From Schizochytrium sp. TIO01 (Eukaryota; Protista; Bigyra: Labyrinthulomycetes), in assembly GCA_004764695.1 (NCBI GenBank), contig SMSO01000036.1, forward strand, positions 434,001-498,000: a DNA stretch of 64,000 nt, in the 5' to 3' direction. Each line of letters begins with the position of its first letter. Positions within the stretch are counted from its first letter, which is position 1. The position numbers were made by a program, and so were the translations under genes. Of this stretch, positions 1 through 12,810 are shown one piece after another. Below the pieces are notes generated by a model, which was given only the letters and a program-made list of their open reading frames with translations, made no database searches and had not been told where the DNA came from.

Positions 1-861
1 GACGATCTCGTCAGTCTTTGTGTACTCCTTTTTGGGCCTTCAGAAAAATGGAAGACATCTACATTGCGTCTGACTGGAATTGAGCGTATGATTGACGAGA
101 TTTTGCTTCGAGGCTCCAATCCTGTCGCTGACCTTCTTGGGGGGGCACCTTTTGTATCGATGAGTAGTCAGACCCAAGAGCAAATCGACCAGCTTCTTGC
201 GATGCTAGAGAACGATAGTTCGACATTGGGTAGTGTTTTGCTTGTGGGGAACAGCCTTCTGCACTCTCGCTTGAATATCGAAGAAACTTATCAGATCTGG
301 CATTTAGTGCGACTTCAGCCGCTCGTGTATCAGCACATGCGTGTCACACCTGTGTATTCTGAGAACCAATGGAAAAATCTTGTTCTTTATCGGATGCGAT
401 GGCATACGCTTTGCGTTCTTCAAGCAATTGACTGTGCTCTTGTTGATGTAGTGCCCAAGCTTGAGCGCTTCGACAAACACTTGAATGACCGCATGGCTCA
501 GCTTCACGTCCCTATTGCTGACTCGCATCCGCATCTTGATGAGTTTGCGGGTCTTCAGACCTTGGCGGTGGCTTTCCACAGTGTTGAAAAGGGTCGAACT
601 CTCGTACCTACACTTCGTGAAGACGCGACACAAACACAATATCAAGAAGTATTCCTCTGGTTTATCCAGCGAGCCCAGGCTCAAATGCAAGAATTATCTA
701 TTGCACAAATCCAATTGTGCAAGGCAGGCTATCGCTTCTACGCAGCATCAGAAAATGGCTATGAGATTTACCTCTTGTGCGGAAACCAGTGTTCAGCTGC
801 TGAAGTTGAAGACGAAGCGGATCGCATTGTTGCCCACATTCGTTTGACTCAAACTGTATAA
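1..861 (+). CDS. Partial host gene, probable Fuz/Mon1/HPS1-type longin-domain protein (5' end outside window)
   Basis: Frame is open from base 1 to TAA at 859-861. The segment GSVLLVGNSLLHSRL...IWHLVRLQP and the C-terminal YRFYA...YEIYLLC resemble the second and third longin domains of Fuz/Mon1/HPS1. Recognised by eye only. Confidence 0.5.
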   Translation, partial: DDLVSLCVLLFGPSEKWKTSTLRLTGIERMIDEILLRGSNPVADLLGGAPFVSMSSQTQEQIDQLLAMLENDSSTLGSVLLVGNSLLHSRLNIEETYQIWHLVRLQPLVYQHMRVTPVYSENQWKNLVLYRMRWHTLCVLQAIDCALVDVVPKLERFDKHLNDRMAQLHVPIADSHPHLDEFAGLQTLAVAFHSVEKGRTLVPTLREDATQTQYQEVFLWFIQRAQAQMQELSIAQIQLCKAGYRFYAASENGYEIYLLCGNQCSAAEVEDEADRIVAHIRLTQTV

Positions 862-1129
862 TATCATTTTCTTATTACAACTCTAGCTTTGGCATTTATT
901 TGCCCTCGTTGTGGGATAAGTAGCTAGGTACTCGGTGATGACACCCAGTGAAACTATTTCTCCTCTCTATAACCTTAAGTCTTCCACTCATCTAATGTTT
1001 CAAGAGTGACAATGCATGTTTTTAGAATCACTTTATATGCTTCATAAGTCAAGTTAAAAGGGAAACATTTAAAAGAGCATTATGCTCGCTGTGTTTGTGA
1101 CAAAATAATACGCATGCGAATAGTTGAAA

Positions 1130-1984
1130 TTACAAGGCTACAGGAGCAGACCGAGAGGTAAACCCGTAAGGATCAGGAAGCTCAGGGGCAGCAAACGAGA
1201 CTTCTTTGGGCGCTCCATGAGCGGATGGGTCTTGACTAGCAGTGTTTGAAGAGGTCTTACTATTGCTTTTCCTTCTTGCTGGAGCAGGAACAGACGTGAT
1301 TCCAGGGTAGAGATCTTCGGTTTCACGATGCATATCGGCTAAGACAGTCTGAATCTGACGTTGCATTGAGCCAAGGCAATAGAACCCTGCTTCATGATGA
1401 AGTTCACGGAGACGTAGCTCATCCTGGGGAAGTGCTCCACTTTGTAGGTATGCTAAAATGTGACGAAATAAAAACCAGTCACGATCAAAGAAGAAGCACC
1501 CATCCTCCTCAGGCCTCAAAATAGAATCCTCTGGTGGTACACATGTTGCTGCAAGCAGTGAAAATCGGTCTTTTAAGAGTAATTTTGCAGTGATCTCAAA
1601 GATCTGCCCGCCCACATTGACACGGACAATGCGGTCCTGCACTTTAGGTGCATCTATACTCGTTGGAAACCACTCTTGAGAGACGAGTTTCTCAAACCTT
1701 TGCCGCTCTTTGTCGAGGCGTTCGCGCTCCTCTTCAAGATCTTTCCACTCATGCTTAAGCAGTGTGCGATGTCTTTCGAGCTGGTCTACTTCGTCCTGCA
1801 AGCTAGCCCAAGCCTGACCTATGGCTCGCGATTCCGCTCGTAAATCGCGCACGAGTGCCGCAGATGATGTATGCGAAGACCAAGACATCCTTCTTCCGTT
1901 GTATGGCACCAACACCTCTACACGCAAAGGGAGAGTTGTGTTATAAGGCACTTGTTGCGTCTTCGGGTACTCTCTTTTTGGCAA
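1130..1984 (-). CDS. Coiled-coil + KCTD/T1-type BTB/POZ domain protein
   Basis: VRVNVGGQIFE...FSLLA...FFFDRDWFLFRHILAYLQSG...EAGFYCL is the BTB_2 signature, preceded by an E/R-rich coiled coil. The start codon is uncertain (TTG in the ORF track). Confidence 0.85.
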   Translation of the reverse strand: MPKREYPKTQQVPYNTTLPLRVEVLVPYNGRRMSWSSHTSSAALVRDLRAESRAIGQAWASLQDEVDQLERHRTLLKHEWKDLEEERERLDKERQRFEKLVSQEWFPTSIDAPKVQDRIVRVNVGGQIFEITAKLLLKDRFSLLAATCVPPEDSILRPEEDGCFFFDRDWFLFRHILAYLQSGALPQDELRLRELHHEAGFYCLGSMQRQIQTVLADMHRETEDLYPGITSVPAPARRKSNSKTSSNTASQDPSAHGAPKEVSFAAPELPDPYGFTSRSAPVAL

Positions 1985-3347
1985 CAGTCGTCGTGAAAAT
2001 TAGGGGACTCGCTCGGTATTCTATTCATATGTGCGACTTGGACATAGACAAGACTACTTTTGCAATTTTACTACTAAGAGGTGCTTATAGATATATAGGA
2101 GTATCTAAAGAACCACAACGGTTACCTGGGACGTAGGCAAACATGAGTTTTCATTAAGAATAATTAGGGATGATTAACAAGACAAGCAAATATGCGAGTC
2201 TACTCTTGAGCTTTATTTTGACAGAGTAATTCTTCCGAGCAATACATTTCTTCATTACTAGAGTGCATCCTGTATGCGTAGTCTCTGCATCGTAGATTAG
2301 TTATTAAATTTCCTCAACATCGAAAGGCCAATTCTTTATTGTGAGACAGGGGAGCCTCTTCAGGCAAAAAGAAGAAAAGACAACGATACAAGCCGGCAAT
2401 GTTGCGAATTGGTTAATTTGCGGGAAGAAGAGGGTGATAAGGATATAATATTTTTTATTTTTTTTGCAGAAATAAATGAAGTGGGGATCATACATCCAAT
2501 TTAGCATAATTTAGAAACGGCGGGTTGCATTAGCAAACGGTATGGCACCAGGGATCTCTTAAAACTTTTCAATCTATATTCTTCCACGACCAAATTGACG
2601 TTGACCAATGAAGTAGTTTAGGAAAATGTAGGATCTACTCATGAGTGGTGTCAAATCTTTTCATGACAAATTACTGGTTACATTTCAAATGAGCATAGTT
2701 GATTGTTAAAGCCACCATCGAGGACCAGAATATATATTCTTTGCCGCCCACCCACGGCATATAAGGTAAGCTGGACTCTTTGCATGCTAAAGAAACGGAC
2801 AATGGGAAAGTTATAAAGACAAGATTCTTTTTTCTATTCTTTTTCTGACTCCAAGCTTTTGAAATCCAGCTGAACAGTTCTTTAAGCAGTTGTAAGTCGT
2901 ATGATAAGCAGAGTTTCCTTAGAACCTAGCTTTGGTTGCTACTACAATCACAATTACAGGTTTCTTAACTTTTACTTGTTCGATGAAATGTCTGGGGAGA
3001 GACCAAAATGGGAAATGTTCACAAACAAAAAAGAGGCGAAACTTTCTATTATGTAAACGGGTTTCCCTGTTTCCAAATATTGAATCATAAGATATCGGAA
3101 AGTAAAAAGCCCAACAAATTCTAGGCGGCGTCTGCATTCCCAAGATAAAACCTAGAGTGCAGGTTTACGCTGCAAGGCGCGTCTTCAAGTATGACAGGTA
3201 CGATGAAAATCGTCAATTTTCATGAATACCCTCTAATCTATCATGAACAAAGATTTGGAAGTTGCTAAATACATTTTTATTCCACTGACTGATTCATTTC
3301 GCAGTTAAAACCCAATAGCTCAAGATCTGTGAAAAAGTATCTCCAAT

Positions 3348-3375
3348 GAAAAAAAAAAAAAAAAAAAAAAAAAAA
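3348..3375 (+). repeat. poly(A) tract (~28 nt)
   Basis: Uninterrupted A run in an intergenic region. Confidence 0.9.
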
Positions 3376-4044
3376 CACTCTAAGAAGCGCAGACGGAGAC
3401 GTACTTTCTTGTGGGGGAAGCGAGCTCTTCTAATCCTGCGCAGCATTCAGTTCAACTAAAACGGGGGCTCTTTGTTTTCCATCGATGTGACTATTGGGTA
3501 GCCGACACATAATTCCAGAACTCACTAAAACATCACTTCAATATTTCACATTTCCCCGTCATCTCATCAGAAAATATGTCAAGCATGCCAATCTTGAAAT
3601 TCTCCACGTGACTTTAATCTTGCATGGTCTCAAGGTCTATTATCAAATCAAGGTTTGCATAAAAGTTTGCCCTAGATATCGCAATGCCCGTTTTCTTGAG
3701 TTTGCACGCTTACTGATTGAAGTTTTTTGCACTCCTTTTCAAGCTCCCGAATAACACGGTATATCTCTGACGAGAGTTTGTTAGATGGCACGCCAAACGC
3801 TTCATTTTCACCATTTTTAAATCTCTTAGGCTCGAAATCTAGCAAGATCCGCAGTACCTCATAATCGAGAAAGGGAGTAATAATGTATTTTATTGAATAA
3901 AGAAAGAAATTTCTACAAGTAGAGATCAAGTGTCATTTATGACTAAAAGTATTCCCCAAATAGGTTTCTTGAGCACCGAAAAGAAAAAAATGGTTTTGGA
4001 ATGAAATAAATTGCAAACAAATGTGTGTTTATATAATGAAAATA

Positions 4045-6098
4045 TTATTCGTGATGTAGATAGCTTGAAGCAGGCAGGTCGGAGCTGTCCACAAGCAAAT
4101 GTTCCAGGTCAGCCTGAAATCCGTCGAATTGCGCAGGGTCAACATCAGGGTGTGTCTTGGCATTCAAAAGCATATCTGAGATTGTGTGTGCAAAACTGTC
4201 ATCGAAACCATCATCATCCCCAGCGACATCATGAGAGTCGAGCACACGGTGCGTACCATCACTTTGATGGCTATTACGGCGGTTGCCATAGCGACTTTCT
4301 AGTTTGATAGAAAGATCATCTTCTGGTAAGTTGTGCCGGTGAGATCCATTTGGAATCTTCGCAGAAGGGTCACCGTTAATCATTTCAATGTTGTTGACAT
4401 TGGCACAAGATGAAGAACGAAGGACTTCTTGGTCATGAGCAAGACGCCGATTTGCGTGCTCGACAACTGTAGAACGTCGTCGCTCGCGTTCGCGTCGCGC
4501 ATACTCCATTGCAACTCCAGCTCGCGCTAACGCCGGGCCAACCGGAGTTCGCTGCAGACGCATGGATGTTGGAATGGCAATAAAGCCAGGGATAATACAG
4601 GGACCACCACCAAGGCGTTTGCGCTTAGCTTTATGTAGAGGCTCGCGTACTTGATCACCATCTGGCTCTTGGTTATTGAGCATGGACTCGATCAGAAAGC
4701 GTTTCTTTGTCTGCATGGATTCTGGTCCAGTAATCGTTCCGCGCTGAAGTTCTTCGAGAGTCATATTCCGCACATCATACCCCAGAGCTTGTTCAGGCGC
4801 TCCAAGCTCATTTGTGCGCTTAGTGTTTCCACTGATAAGAGCCCGGTAGCGCATTTTCACACCATGCAAAGTTCTTCGAGAGAGAGACTTCTGGATGACT
4901 GCCCAGCGCGGTCCATGTTGCCCGTACAATTGCAAAAGAAGCGCGTCCTCTTGACTCGTCCACTGGCGCTTTAATGCGCGCATGATTGATTTGTAACGTG
5001 TTTTCACTCCGTTCTCCGTACGTCCTTGCAAATGAGATGCAATGGTAGACCACTTGTTACCCATTTGCTGGTGTAGTTTGAGAAGGAGGAGATCCTCACG
5101 TACTGTCCATTTGCTCTGTGTAATATTCGGATCAACTGAGTTACGCCAACGTTCGCGGCACTGTTTGGCTGTGCGCCCAGGGACCCTCTCCGCAATGTGT
5201 GTCCAGAATTTGGACTTATTGAGAATATCATCGTCGTTGCGGAATTGCGGTGCATTCTGCTCGGCAATGACAAGTGCATACAGAGCGCTGTCCTCTTCTT
5301 TCAGCCAAGCAGCATACGAAGAACGGGCAGATCCACCACCGCCACCACCATTGCTTTGGCTTCCGGTTCCGTCTTGACTCGCTGAGCCTCCTAAGCTGGA
5401 ATACCTGTTTGAACCTTCGTTGTTGTTGTAGTCACTATTATTGCTGCTGGTGCTGCTACTACTACTACTACTGCTACTACTCCGCCTGTCTTTGACTGTG
5501 CCTGTGGGGTAGCTCCTGTTATTGCTAATGTTGTCATTGTTGTTTATTTTGCTGGGATTGGTACTGGTGCTGGTGCTGGTGCTACTACTGCTTGTTGTAG
5601 AATTACTGGTGGTTGCGCTCCCGGGTTGGTTTGTACTTGCTGTTTGGCTTGTGCCAATCAAACTGACCCTGCTTGAATTGATGGAGTTCTGGTTAGTTGG
5701 GACTGTGGGACCACCTCTTTTGTTTGCCTTCGCATTGCCCGCCATTGAAGAAGTACTAGGGATTCCAATCTTCGCGGTTCCAGCAGATGGAACAACCTTG
5801 TTCGTCGCGGTTTTGGTTTTGGCTGGGGTTGACGACACCCCTGCGCCTGGAGTGGACAAGTTCGAGTTTCTAGATTCTTTTGTTTTTCCTGTTGCTGGCG
5901 CTGCTTTTAAAGTCTTGTTGGAGTTATCGCTCTTTAGAGGGTTCTCCATCGCTGGTACCGGCAGTGTTGATGGTGCAAGGCTGGTGGCGTACATTGCAGA
6001 ATTTGTGAGTGGGGTGTTGGTTTTGGTTATCCCTTTTGCGGTGCTTGTGTTGGCGCCACCATTGCCAGCTGATCCTTTCTGCTTTGATTTTTTAGTGT

Positions 6099-6132
<34 letters not shown>

Positions 6133-6993
6133 AGGAGAGTTTTTCCCTGGGATCGTATTAGGGTATCCTGAATCTTGCGGTGGCATTGTGGGTGTGGGAA
6201 ATGCGAGATAGTCATTGCTGTGAGGGCTTGCAAGCTGACGATTGGAGTTGTGCACGGGGGCAATAGATGCGTTAGGGGGCGGGTACACGACGTGTCCGTG
6301 CGAGGCTGCTGGTTGAGGATATACCCCTCGCGGTTGCTGTTGTTGCTTCTCACTAAGTGGCCTTGGCACGTTGTTTTTAATAATTTTGTTGTTGTTAGTA
6401 GCCATATTGTTAGAGACGGGGGGCAAGGGCCCGTAGTACATACCCGACGTGTTGGTCATGGCAGCAGGGTGGGGCGGCGCTCCCGGCATCGTTTGAGATG
6501 GTGGCGGTGGGGGGGGTGGCGAGGTAACGTGAGAAGGGGACGGGGTTTTCGTATACCTTGAGAAGGCTGACGAGTGAGTGGAAGAAGCTGCATTGACGCT
6601 TTGGTCCAGGTACAGATGCGGTGGCTGTTGCTGTTGGGGAGGGGGGCTCACTGAGCCAAACATGGGACTTAGGCCAAATGTGTTTTCGTGATCGTGCTCT
6701 TGGTTTATGTAAGGGTATTCCCCCAGCGCAGTAGGTACATGGGGTTGTTCCTGTGGAAGGTGGCCATGATTTGTCACCGCGCCTCTTGCTCCGAGGCGAA
6801 CGTTCATACTGCTTAGTAGTGGTGCCTGCGGCATGCTTGTGTGCGTATGGAGAATTTGCTGTGGGTGCTGCATATTTACAGAGGACATGGCTTCAAAAGT
6901 TGAGTCGTCCAAGGCCTCGCCTTCGCCGTCTTCGAACAAGAAGCTGTTGCTTTGCAAGCTCGCTAAAGAGTCCCTTCTTGGTCGTCTCGGCAT
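4045..6993 (-). CDS. Myb transcription factor with three Myb repeats and a long low-complexity N-terminus
   Basis: WLKEEDSAL...WTHIAERVPGRTAKQCRERW; WTVREDLLL...GNKWSTIASHLQGRTENGVKTRY; WTSQEDALL...GPRWAVI...RTLHGVKMRY. The N-terminus has polyQ, polyS and polyP tracts. Confidence 0.93.
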
Positions 6994-7329
6994 TCTCTGA
7001 TTGATTTCTGATCACCAGGTCCGAGATTTTTCCTCGCCGCCCGCAATTCGCAAAAGATGCCCCTCAGTCTCTACAATAGACTGTGCGCCTTGACTGCTCT
7101 GCTCGGAGCACAGAGCGGCGCAGCAGGATCCACTGTAAATCAGCTCCGGTGAAAGCCAAAGTAAATCTCCCAACCTCAAGAAAAGAAGAGTAAAGCGAAG
7201 AAGCGATAGAACACCAACTCCAATTAATATTGAGAACTCCGGCAGCCTCCCGGATCAAGTGAACCCCAGCACGGAGTCAGCAGACAAGCTTCGACGGCCC
7301 TGTGTAGACCAAAAGCTCTGCTCGTGGGG

Positions 7330-8800
7330 CGTCCCAGCCAGCCCGCCAGCCCGCCAGCCAACCCGCCAAGCTTGCTTGCTTGCTTGCTTGCTTGCCTCGC
7401 CAGCTTCACTCAGGAGCCACGATAAAGCCGTCTCCCAAAAGGTCAAAGAGAAACAAAGAGCTCACACCCAGCGCTGCTACCCTAGGTCAACGTCAGTCAG
7501 TCAGCCAGCCAGCCAGCCAGCCTTTCCCGCAAGCTGCGATCTGCCGTCCCTCCAATGCCCACGCGAGTCTTTCCGCTGCCCGGCCTGTCCCAAGCGGCAG
7601 TCTATTGATTGTTTGATTGCAATCTCTCGCGATAATCCGCTTTACATACGTATGTGATGAGACACTTCTTTTATCTATACATACATATACATATACATAC
7701 ATACATAAACATATATATGTATATATATATATGTGTATATACGGACAGACAGGAACGAAGAAGAGGGCGGCTCCCGGTTCTCTCCACGCTGTTGCCTCGG
7801 CCCGCGCGACTCCTTCGGCGGCTTTGCTGCTGCCGCTTCTCCGGGCCAGGCGCCGGCTTCGTCGTCCTTTGAAGCGGGGGCGCGCTTGCCTGGCTGCCTG
7901 GCTGCCTAGCTCGCTCGCTCGCTTGCAGGTGGTCGTCGTTCGCAGATTGTCGTCGATTGATCGATCGATTGTTGTTTTGTTGTTTTGTTTTTGTCGTCGT
8001 TTGATTTTCTTTTCTTTTCTTTTCTTTTCTTTTCTTTTCTTTTCTTTTCTTTTCAAAAATAATAATACACTATTTTAGTACTGTTCCACTTTAAGTAGAG
8101 CAGAAAGGAAAGGAAAGGAGAGAGAACACTTAATTAACATTCACGAAACGCCTCAGAAGAAAGAAAACTAAGTGCCTTTTCGGCGGTCCTTCTCTTGCCT
8201 CCTTCCTCGCACTTGCTGCCTTGCTTTCCTCAGAGGAGGGCGCGGCAAGCAGCCTCGAGGCTGACGGCCGCGCTCCTCGGCGACTCCTCCTCTCCACCCG
8301 AGCGCCTCCGCCACGATTACTGCTGTGCATATTATATTTTATGGCTGCTGCTTTCCCTCTTTCTCCTTTGCTTCTTCTCTGTTTCTTTCGAGTTCTTTCT
8401 CTCTTTCTTTCTTTCTGAGAAACGTGCCAATTATTATTGCTATCGCCATTACGACACAACTTATTAACTAACCAACACACAGAAAGAAAGAAACAAAGAA
8501 AGAAACAACTTTGAAAGAAAGAAAGAGAGAAAGAAAGAGAGACACAACGAATCTCAGAGAATGAAGGCTGAAAACGAGGAATGAAGGACAGAAAGAAATG
8601 CCACATGTACTGCTGACGGTCTGCTTTTCTCAAAGGGGGCGGAGCAGCGGGCTTCTGCTTCAGCTGCCAAGGAGGCCTCTCGGCTTGGCGTCCTCTCTCC
8701 CTCGCGGTGCTGCAATATGCGCAGACTTTCATGGGGAACTGGAGATATGGTGATAGATACTATACGGTGAACAGAGTCAGTTCTTTCTTCCCTTCTTTCT

Positions 8801-8856
<56 letters not shown>

Positions 8857-11800
8857 TTCCTTCTTTCTTTCTTTTCCTTCTTTCGAAGTTCTTTCTTTCT
8901 TTTCCTTCTTTCGAAGTTCTTTCTTTCTCATTGATAGTGACGGTGTGTTCTCTAAAGCGGCAAAGATGAGGCGCTGTTCGCGCTGCTCGCGCTGCTCGGA
9001 GAAGGAGGAGGAGGAGGAGGAGGGGGAGGAGGCCGTCGCCGAGGGGAGAAGACAAGCCCCCGGGAGGGAAGAGCCCGCCTGCCTGCCTGCCTGCCCGCCT
9101 GCCAGTCCTCCGCCTGAGCCTGCGTCGTCTGCACGCCCCGCGCTTCGTTTTGGTGCTGGGATTGCAAGTAGTTTGATTGCGCTTGTTTTAATGTTTTAAT
9201 GTTTTAATGTTTTAATGTTTTAATGTTTTTGTTTAATTGTTTCTTTCTTTCTTTGTTTGTTTGTTTTCCTTTCTTTTCACTCCGCAGAAATGAGAGAAAT
9301 GACAATGTATAAAGGAGAAGGTTTAGAAGAGCTTGAGAGGAATGAGGTTCTTCAAGATCGATCAAAGCGAACGCCGCAGTTCAAGACAACCGACCCCGAA
9401 GGCGACTCCGCCGAGACACGTGGCGGCGCAAGAGCGCCTGTGGAGAGGCCGCACCAAAGCCCTCACGCAGCTGCGAAACGCAAGGCGCCTCGGCTCAGTG
9501 CACGACAACGGCATCCCATCACAAGAAACCACTCTTGACGTGTCTCGCTCTTGCCCAGGAAGTCTGTAACCCAGCAACAACTCGAGCCACGGCGTCAGCA
9601 ACGACTTCGCCATGCACTTCAAGCGGACTCAAGCCACTGCTCCCTTCGACGGCCACGTCCTCTGCGTGTCTAGCTAGGTAGCCAGGTGCTTCCTTGCCAT
9701 GGAGCCAGGTTCTGATCAGAACCTGGCCAAGCTCGAGATCGAGGTCCACTTGAGGCCCAAGCGAGAGCGCCAGCCTTTTCGTCGCCAAGACTGCCAACGA
9801 CCCCAACGAGTTCCCAGACAACTGCAGCTTGGGCATCCGCTCGCGGCGTCTGCCAGAGCAGCCAGGCACCGGGCTGACTGACTGACTGACTGACTGGTGT
9901 CTACATCTGCTCATCGACGTGTCCGGGTGCTTGGGCACGCAGGTACCTCTGCACCAACCACGCGTGGCCTTGCTCAAGGACCAGCGCAAGGACGCCAACA
10001 GGCACGTGGACAGCGAGGCAAAGCACGGGCTTGAGGCCGAGGCAAAACAAGAACCGAGGTCGAGAAGAGCTGGGCCTGTCTCGAGACCATGCAAGAAGTC
10101 AGCATAAAGACCTCTACAACAAGGCCATCGGCACCGCTCATGGCACAGCTCGTGCCTTGCCAGTGCTTATGTTTGCTCTGTGCTGGTGTTGGTCCTGGTC
10201 CTGGCCCTGGGCTGCGTCGCCGTCCTCCTGGTCGTGGTGGCTAATTTTTGTCGTCGTTGTCGCCCTCGGCAGCTAGCAAGCTAGGATCGGGTTCCTGGTT
10301 CTTGGTTCTCGATGATGGATCTTGCTTGCCGGTCGAGGCCTGGCGAGGCGCGACGGAGCTCGGGGATCTGCAGGGCCGAGCGAACCAAGTGAGCGACGGT
10401 GGTGTCAACGGTGACGACGGTGTCCTCGAAGCACTCCTTCTCGATCTCCACCGGTGCCTGCCTGCGTTCGCATCACCCACGCATCCCATTCGAACTGATC
10501 CCACTCCACCATACACGCAGATACATAGAGAACGCGCTCTTCTCCTCACTTAGACCCAGACATCATAGGTGTGTGCTGTGTATGGATGGATGGATGGATG
10601 GATGGATGTGTGTGTGTGTTTTATACAACATCCAGAGAGATCGATGTTTCCATGTTTCGATGATTTGGTGTTTTGGTGTTTTGACAGTTCGATGTTTCGA
10701 TGGATCTTTGTTTGTGGCTCTGTGCATTGACGGAATATGAGGCACCGATGAGAGAACGTCTGTTTACTAGAGCGGAGAGAGAACAGGAAGGCAGCCTCCA
10801 CCACAGTGCGAGCGAAAGCAAAGAGAGCCTGCCGACTCGCTGTGGGCAGTTCAAGACTGCTCGCGCCTAACGGTGTCCCCAGTGTCACCCTCACCTCTGG
10901 TCCCTCATTACACTGCACTCTCCTCTCCACCCCCCACTCGATCCAACTCTACTACACACTCACTAAATTATACAGTGTCTTCTGTGAGAGTCCTAAGAAT
11001 GTAAAAGCACCCCTCTGAGAGAAGTTCTTGAGTCTTGCCACTGGGGCGTAAAACCGTTGCGGGGCCCCTAAAGTGATCAAAAGAGAGCTGCCAGCTTCCC
11101 GCAGCCGCGCGCGAAGTGCCTTCAGCCCACGGGACGAGCGGTGACGCGCGGAATCCGGGAGCCTCCCTGTTCTCCTCCGTTCTCTCGCATTCACCGGCTT
11201 ATCCTTAGTAAGGCTGTTCTTCAGTCTTTCAAGTGCCTGCTTCTGATGCTAGGCAGCCCTAGCGTACGCTCTATCTGGCCAGCTAGGGTGGCTACCGCCT
11301 CTTCGGTTCGTCGCCGTTCTTTGCGTTCTTCGATAAGAGAACGCCGCACGAGCGAGAATGCGCGAAAGCAAAAGCAAAAGCAATAGCAACAGCAAAAGCA
11401 AAAGCAAAAGCAAAAGCAACAAAAGCAAAAGCAAAAGCAAAAGCAAAAGCAAAAGCAAAAGCAAGCAGCGCGCTCTCAAGGCGGCAGAGGAAGAGGCCGC
11501 CGAGAGAGAGAAAGCGAGCAAGCTAGCTAGCTAGCGAGCAAGCGGCGGCGGAGAGGTTCTGCTGGAAGCTTGTTTGGAGGCGGCTCTCTCTGTTTTTGCA
11601 AGTTTCGTGTTGTTGTGTTTCCATTTATTAGTTTTATTTTTATTTTTATTTTAAACAGCTGTTCTTGGAGGGTCACGAGTGACCTCGACCGGCACGATCC
11701 ATATTTCTGCGTACGCCCCTCAATGGTTATTTATTTACTTACTTATAGTTTGAACTAAAAGTTTTTGTTCAAGTATTTATTTATTTATTCATTCATTCAT

Positions 11801-12810
11801 TCATATACGGCTTGATAGTAGGCCGGCCTACTTTGTAGAATATAATTACCTTGATCAAATAAGCAAGAAGATACCGATTGAATGGTGGATCGATCACCTG
11901 TTCGCAGACTGTCTACGATTTGGAAAGTAGAGAAATAGGTCCACGATCGCACGGGAGGAAAGCAACTGCTGCCCATCAGAGCCGCTTCTTCTCGTTATCC
12001 TCTTGGATTGAATGCAATCTTTTCATGAGAACAAACAACTGCGAAGAAAAGAACTTTTAATAAAAGCCCGAGCAATTAATTAAGTCTAGGTAGACAGGCG
12101 CCTATCCGAAACACTAATAGTGGCTAGATACTGCCTCGCTCGAAGAAGCTTCATCATTCAAGCAGCAGAGAGGGGTAAATAAACTGCGAAAGGTAATGAA
12201 TTCATCACTGGCGATTGACCAGATCTCAAGCAAAGAAAGAGCGAGGAAGGCGGGTTATAGCTGCTGCAACGGAGGGAAGGAGACTGCTCCTGTTTCCCTT
12301 CTCCCTTCACGGCCTGGAGCTGTAAGGGCGAACGAAGGATGCGCAGGAGGTCTTCAAGCTGGTTTTCTGAACAGTGCTCAAATAAACAATTAAATTCACG
12401 TGTGCTATTTTAATTTATTTATTTAAAAATAAAAATACAATCACATAAACATCAAAGATTAAAAAATAATTAAAAGTAAAGTCAGTAATCTTTAGGAACT
12501 GCAGTGTTTTAGTATTTGGAAAAAAGAAAAAAGAAAAAAGGGGAAAAAGTGAAAGTACTGTGTTGCTTAGGAATAACGGGTAAGGGGTGCTAGTGTAACG
12601 GGAAGATAGATAAATCGCTTCGTTACTTTGGACGAAGAAGAAAAAGAAAACAAACAAACAATAAACAAACAAACAAACAAACAAATATCCAATATCTCGA
12701 GACCCAAGTTGGAGCCCAAGTTGGAGCAGTTCCGCAGCAGCGGCAGCGGCAGCAGCGAGCGCGAAGACGCAGAGCGGCAGGCCAGGCCAGGCCAGGCCAG
12801 GCCAGGGAGG
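7330..12810. repeat. Gene-poor region dense in microsatellites: (GCTT)n, (CAGC)n, (TA)n, (CTTTT)n, (TTTC)n, (TTTTAATG)n, (GACT)n, (GGAT)n, (GCAAAA)n, (AAAC)n, (GCCAG)n
   Basis: Directly visible, e.g. ~7369-7395, ~7675-7742, ~8006-8054, ~8800-8855, ~9185-9229, ~10583-10608, ~11366-11464, ~12648-12685 and ~12778-12806. Confidence 0.9.

Noticed and set aside
2300-4000. AT-rich interval with short ORFs and a poly(A) tract, as a possible decayed retro-insert
   Set aside because: No recognisable domain or target-site duplication; too little support.
5522-6561. Hydrophobic and poly-Cys ORFs on the + strand
   Set aside because: Antisense translations of the low-complexity Myb N-terminus.
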